64,000 bases of DNA from an uncultured Alphaproteobacteria bacterium. Its GTDB lineage: Bacteria; Pseudomonadota; Alphaproteobacteria; HIMB59; GCA-002718135. The stretch is taken from contig CACBLW010000005.1 of assembly GCA_902540265.1 (NCBI GenBank), forward strand, positions 30,561 through 94,560. Reading direction: 5' to 3'. Shown in pieces: positions 1 through 10,276 of the stretch (position 1 is the stretch's first letter; each line of letters starts with the position of its first letter). The position numbers and the translations under genes are program-made. The notes beneath the pieces were generated by a model, which did no database searches, had not been told where the DNA came from, and was given only the letters and a program-made list of their open reading frames with translations.

Positions 1-174
1 AAAATGTTTACCTTCTCCAACTAACAATACTCTTAAGATATTATCTTTTTCTTCCCATTCTAATAATTTGTCATGGAATTTTTTTGCCATTTCTAAATTG
101 AGAGCATTTAAAGCTTTAGGACGATTTAGTTTAATGATTCCAGTTTGGTTAGTTTCTGTAAATACAATATCCAT
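1..174 (-). CDS. Enoyl-CoA hydratase/isomerase family protein (3-hydroxyisobutyryl-CoA hydrolase-like), N-terminal part; runs off the window edge
   Basis: Manual translation from ATG at 174, which overlaps the uvrB stop (TAATG): MDIVFTETNQTGIIKLNRPKALNALNLEMAKKFHDKLLEWEEKDNILRVLLVGEGKHF. LNRPKALNAL is the crotonase N-terminal motif. Not in the ORF track. Confidence 0.85.
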   Translation of the reverse strand, partial: MDIVFTETNQTGIIKLNRPKALNALNLEMAKKFHDKLLEWEEKDNILRVLLVGEGKHF

Positions 175-2228
175 TAATTCTTTTTAAACTGCAAAACTTT
201 ATTAGAAAGACCCACTTCTTTTGCCTTTAATCTATTAATTTCATCTCGTAATCTTGCTGCATCTTCAAATTCAAGTTTTGAAGCAAATTCATTCATTTTT
301 TTCTCTAAATTTTTAATATGTTTATTAAGATCCTTACCAACTAATTCTTTAGCATTATCAATTTCAACTGTAACATGATCTTGTTCAGCTGTGTTTTCAA
401 TTATTTCTTGAATATTCTTTTTAATACTGATTGGCGTAATTTTATTTATTTTGTTATATTCTAGTTGTTTTGTTCGTCTTCTATCTGTCTCTTCGATTGC
501 TTCTTTCATACTAGTGGTAATGTTATCAGCATACATTAAGACTTTACTCTCAACATTTCTTGCAGCCCTACCAATAGTCTGAATTAAACTAGTTCTAGAA
601 CGAAGGTAACCTTCCTTATCAGCATCTAATATAGCCATTAAAGCACATTCAGGAATATCTAAACCTTCTCTAAGAAGATTTATTCCTACTAAAACATTAA
701 AAACTCCTAGTCTTAGATCTCTAATAATTTCTATTCTTTCTAATGTATCAATATCAGAGTGAAGATACCTTACCTTTAATCCTTCTTCATTGATATATTC
801 AGTAAGATCTTCGGCCATTTTTTTTGTAAGTGTTGTGATTAGAACACGATGACCTTTATCTATAGTCTTTTTACATTCATCAATTAAGTTATCAATTTGA
901 TGTTTAGTTGGCCTTATCTCAATAGGTGGATCAATTAAACCTGTTGGTCTAATTACTTGTTCAACAAAGGTACCACCTGTCTTTTCGAGTTCATAATCTC
1001 CTGGTGTTGCACTTACAAATATAGTTTGTGGACGCATTGCATCCCATTCTTCTCTTTTTAAAGGTCTGTTATCAACACAACTTGGTAGTCTAAATCCATA
1101 TTGAGCTAAAGTTGATTTTCTAGAAAAATCACCTTTGTACATTCCTGCTATTTGACCACATGTCTGATGGCTTTCATCTATAAACAATAAAGAGTCTTCT
1201 GGAATATATTCATAAAGTGTAGGAGGAGGCTCTCCCGGCTGTCTTCCTGACAAATATCTAGAATAATTTTCAATACCACTACAACTTCCAGTAGTTTCCA
1301 TCATTTCTAAGTCAAATGTAGTTCTCTCATCCAACCTTTGTCTTTCTAAGTATTTTTTTTCTTTTTCAAAAATCTCTAATTGTTTTTTTAGATCATTTTT
1401 AATCATCGTAATTGCTTTTTTTATTGTTGGCTTTGGGGTTACATAATGAGAGTTTGCAAAGATTCTTATTTGTTCAAGTTCTCCGAGCTTCTCTCCAGTG
1501 AGTGGGTCCACTTGTGTTATACTCTCTATATCGTCTCCAAACATAGATATTTTCCAAGAAATATCTTCATAGTGAGAAGGGAAAATTTCTAAAATATCTC
1601 CCTTTGCCCTAAAGCTACCTCTTCTAAAGTCCATGTCACGACGTTTGTATAAAAGTTCTACCAACTTTCTGATAATTATCTCTCTACTTATGGATTGATT
1701 TTTATCTAAAGTAAAAGACATTGAAGAATAAGCATCAACTGATCCAATACCATAAATACAAGAAACTGATGCTACTATAATTGTATCTCTTCTTTCCACT
1801 AAAGATCTAGTAGCTGAATGTCTTAGACGATCAATTTGTTCGTTAATTGAAGATTCTTTTTCAATATATGTATCCGTCCTTGGTACATATGCTTCTGGTG
1901 TGTAATAATCATAATAACTGACAAAATATTCAACAGCATTATTTGGAAACAAATTTTTCATTTCTCCATAAAGTTGTGCTGCTAATGTTTTGTTTGGTGC
2001 CATTATTAAAGTTGGTTTCTGTACTTTTTCAATTACTTTAGCCATTGTAAAGGTCTTTCCTGATCCAGTGACACCTAAAAGAACTTGTTCTTGTTCTCCT
2101 TCATTTAGACTTTTAACAATACTTTTAATTGCTTCAGGCTGATCACCACTTGGATTAAAATCACTTACAATTTTAAAAGGTGTTGTGATTTCGGAAGAGA
2201 GATGATGTTTTTTTTCTGCTTTATTCAT
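174..2228 (-). CDS. uvrB: Excinuclease ABC subunit B
   Basis: Walker A GVTGSGKT, YYDYYTPEAY beta-hairpin, DESH, GINLLREGLD, C-terminal UVR coiled coil (LEFEDAARLRD). Likely start is MNKAEKK at 2228; the ORF track extends to 2246. Confidence 0.98.
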   Translation of the reverse strand: MNKAEKKHHLSSEITTPFKIVSDFNPSGDQPEAIKSIVKSLNEGEQEQVLLGVTGSGKTFTMAKVIEKVQKPTLIMAPNKTLAAQLYGEMKNLFPNNAVEYFVSYYDYYTPEAYVPRTDTYIEKESSINEQIDRLRHSATRSLVERRDTIIVASVSCIYGIGSVDAYSSMSFTLDKNQSISREIIIRKLVELLYKRRDMDFRRGSFRAKGDILEIFPSHYEDISWKISMFGDDIESITQVDPLTGEKLGELEQIRIFANSHYVTPKPTIKKAITMIKNDLKKQLEIFEKEKKYLERQRLDERTTFDLEMMETTGSCSGIENYSRYLSGRQPGEPPPTLYEYIPEDSLLFIDESHQTCGQIAGMYKGDFSRKSTLAQYGFRLPSCVDNRPLKREEWDAMRPQTIFVSATPGDYELEKTGGTFVEQVIRPTGLIDPPIEIRPTKHQIDNLIDECKKTIDKGHRVLITTLTKKMAEDLTEYINEEGLKVRYLHSDIDTLERIEIIRDLRLGVFNVLVGINLLREGLDIPECALMAILDADKEGYLRSRTSLIQTIGRAARNVESKVLMYADNITTSMKEAIEETDRRRTKQLEYNKINKITPISIKKNIQEIIENTAEQDHVTVEIDNAKELVGKDLNKHIKNLEKKMNEFASKLEFEDAARLRDEINRLKAKEVGLSNKVLQFKKN

Positions 2229-3450
2229 TGATTCTAATATAATCATTTAGATAATTGTACTTTTCTAAAAAACTACCATCTGTTGTTATTGTTCCATTTA
2301 ATATTCTTCCATCATCTTCTTTTAATAAAAAAGGAAGAACTTCTTTGATAATACCTTCACTAAATTCTGTACTTGAATCACGTGGTAATTCAGATGGTAA
2401 ATTATCAACTGCCATAACAGCAATTCCATCATTATTTTCATCCATTTCTTTTAAAGTATATCTTTCAATCCAATAATTTGGCTCCTCAATTGTTGTTGAT
2501 CGTATTGTAGTTGGAACAGAGCCATTAATATCACAAGTAATATCGCCAACAATTTTTAGATTTTGTAAAACTTTTAAGTCTTCATTCTCAAATATTTTTG
2601 GAGAAGATGGGTCCCAGTAATGTGCACTTATAAGTATATCAGTTTCTTTTAAATATTGTAATGCAGAACTAGAGTAATCTTGAGGATTATCAATAAAATG
2701 TTCAAGGTTAAAGTTTGTGGAAGAATTATTTGTAACATAGTCTTTAGTTTCTAAATTACAAAAAATAGGTTGATCAAATTTTTTTTCCAAAAAGTCTTTT
2801 TTTGATACTGCTTTAATGTTTGTTAGATTTAAAAGTTCAATTACTCCTTTTGCAACCCTACCATCACCAGTAACTAGAATTTTAGTTTTAGGAAAATATA
2901 AATTTTTTAAATTTAATACTAATCTTTCATAATCATTAATTTTATAGGCACTAGCAAGAGATTGTTTTCCAAGCACTTTTAGCAATAAATTTAAGGTATT
3001 ATAACAACCAACAATACCTGCAAATCTTCCAAAACCTAAACATCTTGTACCATTTTTACCTCTGATATTTTCATAATCAATCAATGTAATTTTTTTATTT
3101 AAAATTGATAAGAGTAAGTCTTTCTTATATTTTTCAATATATTTTTGTTGTTTATTAATTTTAAAAGTGTGAGAAAAAAAAAGATATGTCCTATTATTAA
3201 TTAAAATATTGGGATCAATTTCTTTAACTCCGAATATGATTGAGCATTCATTTAAATTTTCATTAATTTTAGCACCACATAATTCATATTCTTCATCAGA
3301 AAAACATCTACTATTTGATGGCTGAATAATGAAATTAATATTTGGATTGCTTTCTTTGTATTTTTTAATATGTTCTGGGACTAGAGGAGTTCTATTTTCA
3401 TCATTTCTAGACTCTCTAATAATACCAATATTGGTTAATTGCTTATCCAT
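2221..3450 (-). CDS. Lysine-ketoglutarate reductase / saccharopine dehydrogenase (lysine-forming), AlaDH/PNT fold
   Basis: IGIIRE..ENRTPLVP, GVKE, FFSHT, LIDYE, FGRFAG, TGDGRVAKG, DITCDINGS and AVDNLPSELPRDSS match the LKR domain of AASS-type enzymes. Confidence 0.85.
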   Translation of the reverse strand: MDKQLTNIGIIRESRNDENRTPLVPEHIKKYKESNPNINFIIQPSNSRCFSDEEYELCGAKINENLNECSIIFGVKEIDPNILINNRTYLFFSHTFKINKQQKYIEKYKKDLLLSILNKKITLIDYENIRGKNGTRCLGFGRFAGIVGCYNTLNLLLKVLGKQSLASAYKINDYERLVLNLKNLYFPKTKILVTGDGRVAKGVIELLNLTNIKAVSKKDFLEKKFDQPIFCNLETKDYVTNNSSTNFNLEHFIDNPQDYSSSALQYLKETDILISAHYWDPSSPKIFENEDLKVLQNLKIVGDITCDINGSVPTTIRSTTIEEPNYWIERYTLKEMDENNDGIAVMAVDNLPSELPRDSSTEFSEGIIKEVLPFLLKEDDGRILNGTITTDGSFLEKYNYLNDYIRINE

Positions 3451-4570
3451 TCTCTTGTTGGATATTAATTTTAAAATCTTTTAAAATTTTAAAAAAATAC
3501 ATTATGTCTTCTGTTTTATGTGGTGCAGTTTTAACACCAGTCTCAATTTTATTATCCAAAATTAGATCAATCGCAGCTGATAAAGTAATCGATACAAGTT
3601 TGCCCATTGCAGTATTTTCACCACTTCCTTTTTCATCTAAAAAATAAGAACTATCAAAAATTTTATTTTGATTTTCAAAAGCTTTAAGTTTTACAGAAAG
3701 TACAACACGATCTTCTTCCTCAGGTAAATATTTATTATCTTTTAATAATTCTTCACTTTTTTCATTGATTTCAGCTTCTATATTATCCGATTTATTTTCA
3801 AGCATTGAAAAAATATCTTGCCATGCCTCTTTCCAACCATCAAGTCGCAAAGTTCCTCTTACGAACTCTTTGACTTTCCATTTCTCGTCAAACAGGTATT
3901 CACTTACATATGGTGTTGAATCTCTGTTTGGATAAGCTTCAAAATTTTCATCAGATATTGAATAAGAACTAATAGATTTGTAAGGAGTTACAGTATTTAT
4001 TTTACCTTTCGTTATATATTTTGCATCATTGTTTAATGCTTTAATTACTCCAGCTGGAGACCAACTAAATTTGTATTTGAAATCATTTGGAATTGCTGGA
4101 AAACCCCCACAATATGATTCATAAACCACTTCTTTTTTTCCAGTCGAGATTTTTTTAAGATCACTGACAAGTAAATGAGAAAAAAAATGATCGATACCTG
4201 GATCTAAACCTACCTCATTGATAAATACTAAATTTTCTTTTTTTACATCTGAATTTAGCATATTTATTTCTGGATTAAGATAACTAGTAGATGCAAAATG
4301 ACATTTATGTTTTAAACAAAGTTTAGCTATTTCTAAATGTTTGTTTGCTGGTAGTTGAGAAATAACAATATCACCCGGATTTGTTTCCTTAAATAATAAA
4401 TCAACATCAAACTGTTTTGCGTTCACATTGTTTTTATCTACATGGTCAATACTCTTTATAGCTTTATCTAATGTTCTATTCCATACTGTAAAATTATCTA
4501 AATTTTTAGCTAATCTTCTAATTCCTGGTATGGAAGATAATCCTGTTCCTATCCAATGTACATGTTTCAT
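3443..4570 (-). CDS. Saccharopine dehydrogenase (glutamate-forming, Lys9-like)
   Basis: NEVGLDPGIDH, SYCGGFP, YKFSWSPAGV, EAYPNRDS, RGTLR and TAMGKLVS are Lys9/SDH signature motifs. Confidence 0.92.
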   Translation of the reverse strand: MKHVHWIGTGLSSIPGIRRLAKNLDNFTVWNRTLDKAIKSIDHVDKNNVNAKQFDVDLLFKETNPGDIVISQLPANKHLEIAKLCLKHKCHFASTSYLNPEINMLNSDVKKENLVFINEVGLDPGIDHFFSHLLVSDLKKISTGKKEVVYESYCGGFPAIPNDFKYKFSWSPAGVIKALNNDAKYITKGKINTVTPYKSISSYSISDENFEAYPNRDSTPYVSEYLFDEKWKVKEFVRGTLRLDGWKEAWQDIFSMLENKSDNIEAEINEKSEELLKDNKYLPEEEDRVVLSVKLKAFENQNKIFDSSYFLDEKGSGENTAMGKLVSITLSAAIDLILDNKIETGVKTAPHKTEDIMYFFKILKDFKINIQQENG

Positions 4571-4635
4571 AGTCTTATTTACTTTTATATTAAATTGTTT
4601 ACTACATTAATGAAACTTAAAATACGGTAATTTAT

Positions 4636-5445
4636 TTGACTTCAATAGTATCTATTTTTTTATTAACAGGTCTAGTATCTGGTTTTATTGCAGGATTATT
4701 AGGAGTTGGAGGTGGAATAATAATAGTACCTGTAACTTACTTTATTTTACTTAATCTTGGTTATAGCTCTGAAATTGTCATGCATGTTGCTGTAGCATCT
4801 TCCCTTGGTGTAATTTGTTTTACTTCAATTTCTTCCATAAGATCCCATGTTAAACTTAAAAATACAAATTTAATAATTGTAAAAAAATGGGCAGTAGGAA
4901 TAATAATAGGATCAATTGTAGGGTCAATTGTAGCTAGTTCTATTTCAGGACAGAGTTTAGTAATTCTTTTTATAATTCTAGCATTTTTGATTTCATTAAA
5001 TATGCTGTTTCAACAAAACCCAATAATTGTAAGTAAGGATATACCATCATCTAATATAATTAACTTTTTAATTAGTTCTTCTATTGGTTTTTTATCTGCA
5101 ACCATTGGTATAGGTGGTGGCAGTTTTAGTGTTCCTACTTTAACAATGTTTTCAAAAAAGATTCATGAAGCAGTTGGTACTTCTGCTGTTTTTGGTTTTT
5201 TAATTGCTTTTCCAGGAACACTTACATTTATGTATACTGGGTCAAATATAAATGAACTTCCCATTTATTCTCTTGGTTACGTAAATATTATAATAGTTTT
5301 TTTTATATCGATAACTAGTATATTTACTGCTGGAATTGGTGCAAAAGTTTCATCAAATATAGATAAGTTAGTATTAAGAAAGATTTTTGCTATTTTTTTG
5401 TTGTTAACTTGTGCTAGTCTAATTATTGAACATTTTATAATTTAA
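4636..5445 (+). CDS. Sulfite exporter TauE/SafE family membrane protein
   Basis: Duplicated motifs GLLGVGGGIIIVP and GIGGGSFSVP, AVGTS, about 8 hydrophobic segments; TTG start. Confidence 0.9.
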   Translation: MTSIVSIFLLTGLVSGFIAGLLGVGGGIIIVPVTYFILLNLGYSSEIVMHVAVASSLGVICFTSISSIRSHVKLKNTNLIIVKKWAVGIIIGSIVGSIVASSISGQSLVILFIILAFLISLNMLFQQNPIIVSKDIPSSNIINFLISSSIGFLSATIGIGGGSFSVPTLTMFSKKIHEAVGTSAVFGFLIAFPGTLTFMYTGSNINELPIYSLGYVNIIIVFFISITSIFTAGIGAKVSSNIDKLVLRKIFAIFLLLTCASLIIEHFII

Positions 5446-6648
5446 ATGAATTTTGTTGCAGATAGACTAAGTAAAATAAAACCTTCAATGACTGTAGGTA
5501 TAAATATCAAAGCCAAGGCTTTGAAGGACGAGGGTAAAGATGTAATTGTTCTTGCAGCAGGTGAGCCAGATTTTAACACACCAAAAAATATAAGAGATGC
5601 TGCTAGTAAAGCGATGGAAGAGGGTAAAACAAAATATGTACCAGGTAAAGGTACACCAGAATTACAAAAAGCAATTCAGAAAAAATTCAGAGAAGATAAT
5701 AATATTGATTATCAATTAGATGAAATCATATGCGGTGTCGGAGGCAAACACATTATCTATAATGCTATGATGGCAACAATTAATCCGGGAGATGAAGTTA
5801 TTATAACAGCTCCTTTTTGGGTTAGTTATCCAGATATTGTTTTATTAGCAGAAGGGAACCCTGTGATAGTTGAGTGCCCTCAATCACAAAATTTTAAGAT
5901 TACACCAGAACAACTAGAAAAAAATATAAACTCTAAAACAAAATGGTTAATGTTAAATAGTCCTAGTAATCCGACTGGCTCAGTTTATTCAAAAAAAGAG
6001 TTAGAAGACTTAGCACTTATCTTAAAAAAATATCCTAATGTTCTTATAATGTGTGATGATATATATGAAAAAATTGTTTACGATGGCATAGAATTTCATA
6101 CTCTTGCTTCTATTGAACCTTCACTGAAAGACAGATGTTTGACACTTAATGGTGTTTCAAAATCATATTGCATGACAGGATGGAGACTTGGATATTGTGG
6201 AGCTCCAAAAGAGATTATTGCTGCTATGAACAAAATACAATCACAAAGCACAACATCAACTTCTTCAATTACAATGGCTGCTGCAGTTGAAGCAATAAGT
6301 GGTCCTCAGGATTTTATAAACGAGCATAATAAAAAATTTTTGATACGTAGAGATTTAGTATTGAATAAATTAAATGATATTAATGGAATTACATGTCAAA
6401 AACCAGAAGGAGCTTTTTACGTTTATCCAAATTGCGAGGGTATAATTGGAAAAAAGACACCAAATGGAAAACATATCTCCAATGATGAAGATTTCATGAC
6501 ATACCTTTTAGAAGATCAAGGTGTAGCAGGAGTGCATGGTGCAGCATTTGGGTTATCGCCTTATTTTAGATTATCTTATGCAACTAGTGATGCAATTCTA
6601 GAAGATGCGTGCAACAGAATAAAAGAAGCTTGTAATAAGCTTACGTAA
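5446..6648 (+). CDS. aatA: Aspartate aminotransferase (PLP class I/II)
   Basis: GEPDF, NSPSNPTG, DDIY, SKSYCMTGWRLG (PLP lysine), PEGAFY, FRLSYAT. Confidence 0.9.
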   Translation: MNFVADRLSKIKPSMTVGINIKAKALKDEGKDVIVLAAGEPDFNTPKNIRDAASKAMEEGKTKYVPGKGTPELQKAIQKKFREDNNIDYQLDEIICGVGGKHIIYNAMMATINPGDEVIITAPFWVSYPDIVLLAEGNPVIVECPQSQNFKITPEQLEKNINSKTKWLMLNSPSNPTGSVYSKKELEDLALILKKYPNVLIMCDDIYEKIVYDGIEFHTLASIEPSLKDRCLTLNGVSKSYCMTGWRLGYCGAPKEIIAAMNKIQSQSTTSTSSITMAAAVEAISGPQDFINEHNKKFLIRRDLVLNKLNDINGITCQKPEGAFYVYPNCEGIIGKKTPNGKHISNDEDFMTYLLEDQGVAGVHGAAFGLSPYFRLSYATSDAILEDACNRIKEACNKLT

Positions 6649-8077
6649 GATCTTTATCAGCAATTATTTCAGCTAATCTAAGCAGATTAGTAGTACCAGC
6701 ACTTCCAAATGGAACACCAGCTGAGATAACTACATTATCTCCTGGTTTTACTAATTTTTTATTTTTTGCAATCGAACATGCAATATTAACCATATCTTGT
6801 GCATTTTTAGCATCTTCTTGAGTATGACAGGAGTTTACACCCCAGTATAATTGCATTTTTCTTGTAGTATTAATATTTGGAGATAAACCAACAATTTGAA
6901 CTGGTGCTCTTTCTCTAGCCATTCTTGTCGTTGTTCTTCCACTTACAGAAAATGTAATTATTGCTTTTGCATCTGATTTTTTTGCAATTGAGTAAGCTGC
7001 TAATGTTATTGCATCTGTATTATCAACATCATCAATATTTTCTTGAGTAATTTGTAAATCATAATTATTTTTATCATTCTCAACATTTTCTATTATTTTA
7101 TTCATCGTTCTTACTACTTCTATTGGATGTGCTCCAACAGCAGATTCACCAGATAACATTACAGCATCTGTTCCGTCGTAAATAGCATTAGCAACATCAG
7201 ATGCTTCAGCTCTCGTTGGCACAAGATTTTCAATCATACTTTCAAGCATTTGTGTAGCAACAACAACTGGCTTACCAAAGTGCCTACATCTTTTAATAAT
7301 ATTTTTTTGAACTATCGGCACTTGTTCTGTTGGCATTTCAACACCCAAATCACCTCTAGCTATCATAATTCCATCTGCAGCATTTATAATATCATCAATA
7401 TTTTTTACTGCTGAAGGCTTTTCAATTTTCGCCATCACGAGTGCTTTATTGTTAATTATTTTTTTTAGTTTGTGTATATCCTCTGCTTGTTGCACGAAAG
7501 AAAGTGCAACCCAATCAACTCCCATATCTAATGCCTTCATAAGATCAGATTTATCTTTTTTGGTAAGGGCGTCTATAGGAAGAATTACATCAGGTATATT
7601 TACACCTTTGTTATTTGAGATTTCAGCATCATTTAAAACTTCTGTTATTAAACTATCTTTTTTTTGTTCAACAACTTGTAATCTAATCCTTCCATCATTT
7701 ATTAATAAAATAGAATTAGGTGTTAAAAAATCATATATTTCTTCATGGGGAAAGTTAACCCTATTATTATCTCCGGGTTCAGTTGAAAGATCTAGTATAA
7801 AATTTTGCCCTTTAACTAAATTTTCTTTTGTATTCTTAAATGTACCCAATCTTAACTTGGGCCCTTGTAAGTCAGCTAATATGCATGATGCATGATTATG
7901 TTTTTTTTCAAGAGATCTAATAGTTCCATAATTATTTCTATGAGTTTCTAAATCACCATGTGAAAAATTTAATCTAAAAACATCGCATCCAGCCACAAAT
8001 AAATCTTCTATTATTTTTTTATCTGATGAAGCAGGTCCTAAGGTAGCTAAAATTTTAGCTTTTCTGTTACGTTTCAT
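6641..8077 (-). CDS. pyk: Pyruvate kinase
   Basis: KILATLGPAS, RLNFSHG, DLQGPKLR, AKIEK, ARGDLGVE, ATQMLESM, PTRAE, MLSGESA. Confidence 0.98.
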   Translation of the reverse strand: MKRNRKAKILATLGPASSDKKIIEDLFVAGCDVFRLNFSHGDLETHRNNYGTIRSLEKKHNHASCILADLQGPKLRLGTFKNTKENLVKGQNFILDLSTEPGDNNRVNFPHEEIYDFLTPNSILLINDGRIRLQVVEQKKDSLITEVLNDAEISNNKGVNIPDVILPIDALTKKDKSDLMKALDMGVDWVALSFVQQAEDIHKLKKIINNKALVMAKIEKPSAVKNIDDIINAADGIMIARGDLGVEMPTEQVPIVQKNIIKRCRHFGKPVVVATQMLESMIENLVPTRAEASDVANAIYDGTDAVMLSGESAVGAHPIEVVRTMNKIIENVENDKNNYDLQITQENIDDVDNTDAITLAAYSIAKKSDAKAIITFSVSGRTTTRMARERAPVQIVGLSPNINTTRKMQLYWGVNSCHTQEDAKNAQDMVNIACSIAKNKKLVKPGDNVVISAGVPFGSAGTTNLLRLAEIIADKDLT

Positions 8078-8130
8078 TAATTATTATATATATATCACAA
8101 AAAAAGATTTATATAATTTATTTACGTAAT

Positions 8131-8421
8131 ATGACCAAAAACTTTGATAGAGATTTACTTGCTGATGTTGCAGAAAGATTGATTCATCATCTAAAAAATA
8201 GAACAGATGTTCAAAATATTGATTTAATGAATTTGTCAGGTTTTTGCAGAAACTGTCTTTCAAAATGGTACGTTAGTGCTGCAGAGAAGAAAAATATTTC
8301 TATTTCATACGATGAGGCACGAGAAATAATCTATGGTATGCCATACTTAGAGTGGAAAACAAAATTTCAAAAAGAAATAACTCCTGAACAAAAAGAAAAG
8401 TTTGATAAAGGAAAAACTTAA
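8131..8421 (+). CDS. DUF1244 family protein
   Basis: RTDVQNIDLMNLSGFCRNCLSKWY and AREIIYGMPY.EWK. Confidence 0.88.
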   Translation: MTKNFDRDLLADVAERLIHHLKNRTDVQNIDLMNLSGFCRNCLSKWYVSAAEKKNISISYDEAREIIYGMPYLEWKTKFQKEITPEQKEKFDKGKT

Positions 8422-10220
8422 TATAGTTTTTCTAAATTCTCTCCATACATCTCTTTTACCTTAAATCTTCTTACTTTCATGGAAGGAGTCATCATATTGT
8501 TTTCAATTGTAAACTCGTGATCAATGAGAATATATTTTCTTATTTGTTCAATACCAGAGAGGCTTTTATTTACTTTATCTACAACTTCCTTCATCTTTTT
8601 ATTAAATGAAGAATCTTGAATTATTTTATTTAAATCGCCCTCAACATTATTTTCTTTTGCCCATTCTAAAGCTAAATCTTTATTAGGAACCAGGATTGCA
8701 ACTAGGTAATTTTTGAAATCTCCATATAACATTGATTGAGCAATTTCAGGTTCAATATCTAGTTTTGCCTCTATTCTTGAAGGAGAAATATTATCTCCAC
8801 CAGCATTTACAATAATATCTTTTTTCCTATCCGTTATTTTTAAATAATTTTCTTCATCAAATTCACCAATATCACCTGTATGAACCCACCCATCAATTAT
8901 AGTTTTATTAGTTGACTCAGGATCATTCCAATAACCATTCATAATTAGTTCACCACGAGCTAAAATTTCTCCATCTTCAGAAATTTTCACTTCATTTCCT
9001 TGAAGAACTTTTCCAACAGTATCTAATTTAATTTTTTCAGGAGGGTTTGCAGAAATAACAGGAGCAGTTTCAGTTTGTCCGTAACCTTGAAGTAGTGGAA
9101 GGCCAAGGGCGCTCAAATATAATCCAACTTCAAAATTTAGTGCTGCGCCACCTGATATCAATGCTCTGAGACTTCCACCAAATCTTTTCTTAACTTTTTT
9201 TCTTACTATCCTATCCATCAATCCATTCATAAACCTTTCAGAGAAGCTCATCTGCTCACCAAAATATTTTTTCTTTCCTAGATTTAATGTAATTGCAAAG
9301 AAGCGTTGACTTAATTTACTTTGGTTTTTTAGACCTTGTGAAATACGTGTGTGTAAAGAGTCATAAAACCTTGGAACAGCTGTCATAAAATGTGGTGCTG
9401 CCTCAGCCATATTCACTAATAATTTATCTATACTTTCAGCGTAATAGATTTGTGCACCTTGTCCCATTTCTAAGAATTGTAAAGTGTGTTCATATGAATG
9501 AGATAATGGCAACCATGATAAATATCTAATTTCTTTAGTTAAATCACTAGTAAGACTCTCAAGTAATTTATCACAGGAAGCACAGTTTCTCAGCATTGCT
9601 CCATGACTTATCATCACGCCCTTAGGATTGCCTCCAGTACCTGAGGTATAAATAATACATGCTGTATCTTTTCTTTTAAAATTTTTTGATAACTCTTCTA
9701 TTTCATTAGAATTTTTACTTTTTTCTAAATTATCATTTATAATTTTATTGTATGATAAAATATTTACAACTTCTGTATAAGTTTCATTATCATCATTAAT
9801 TTTTATTACGTTTTGACAATGTGAAATTTTTTCTATTGCAGGTAGAGCTTTCTTCATTAATTCGTGTGAAGATACAATGGCGCATCTAGCACCTGAGTGT
9901 TTAATTATATATTCATAATCATTTGTTGTACTTGTAGTGTAAGCAGGCACAGATATTGCTCCAATAGACATTATTGCTAAATCAGTAATTTGCCACTCAG
10001 GTCTATTTTCAGATAAAATTAATACTCTATCACCCTCTAAAATTCCTAGATCTATTAAATATGTTGCCAAACTTTCAACCTGCTCCTTTACTTGTAGCCA
10101 GCTTAAAGAAACATATTTATCATTTTCTTTTTTCCATAAATAAGGTTGATCTTTCAGATCATTTGATTGATAATAAAAAACACTAGGTATGTTATTAAAT
10201 TCATCAAAATTAACAATCAT
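8418..10220 (-). CDS. Long-chain fatty acid--CoA ligase (AMP-binding)
   Basis: IIYTSGTGGNPKG, LPLSHSYE, QGYGQTE, HTGDIG, TPSMKVRR; upstream GGAGG RBS. Confidence 0.93.
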   Translation of the reverse strand: MIVNFDEFNNIPSVFYYQSNDLKDQPYLWKKENDKYVSLSWLQVKEQVESLATYLIDLGILEGDRVLILSENRPEWQITDLAIMSIGAISVPAYTTSTTNDYEYIIKHSGARCAIVSSHELMKKALPAIEKISHCQNVIKINDDNETYTEVVNILSYNKIINDNLEKSKNSNEIEELSKNFKRKDTACIIYTSGTGGNPKGVMISHGAMLRNCASCDKLLESLTSDLTKEIRYLSWLPLSHSYEHTLQFLEMGQGAQIYYAESIDKLLVNMAEAAPHFMTAVPRFYDSLHTRISQGLKNQSKLSQRFFAITLNLGKKKYFGEQMSFSERFMNGLMDRIVRKKVKKRFGGSLRALISGGAALNFEVGLYLSALGLPLLQGYGQTETAPVISANPPEKIKLDTVGKVLQGNEVKISEDGEILARGELIMNGYWNDPESTNKTIIDGWVHTGDIGEFDEENYLKITDRKKDIIVNAGGDNISPSRIEAKLDIEPEIAQSMLYGDFKNYLVAILVPNKDLALEWAKENNVEGDLNKIIQDSSFNKKMKEVVDKVNKSLSGIEQIRKYILIDHEFTIENNMMTPSMKVRRFKVKEMYGENLEKLY

Positions 10221-10276
10221 ACATTTAATCCTCCCTACAAAGCTCTGATAATAGACCTATATCGAAATAGTCAAAT

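Noticed and set aside
10210..10235. Tiny out-of-frame ORF (ATG TAT GAT TGT TAA, MYDC) after the GGAGG RBS of the acyl-CoA ligase
   Set aside because: The main ATG is also at an acceptable SD spacing, and such mini-ORFs arise readily by chance in AT-rich DNA.
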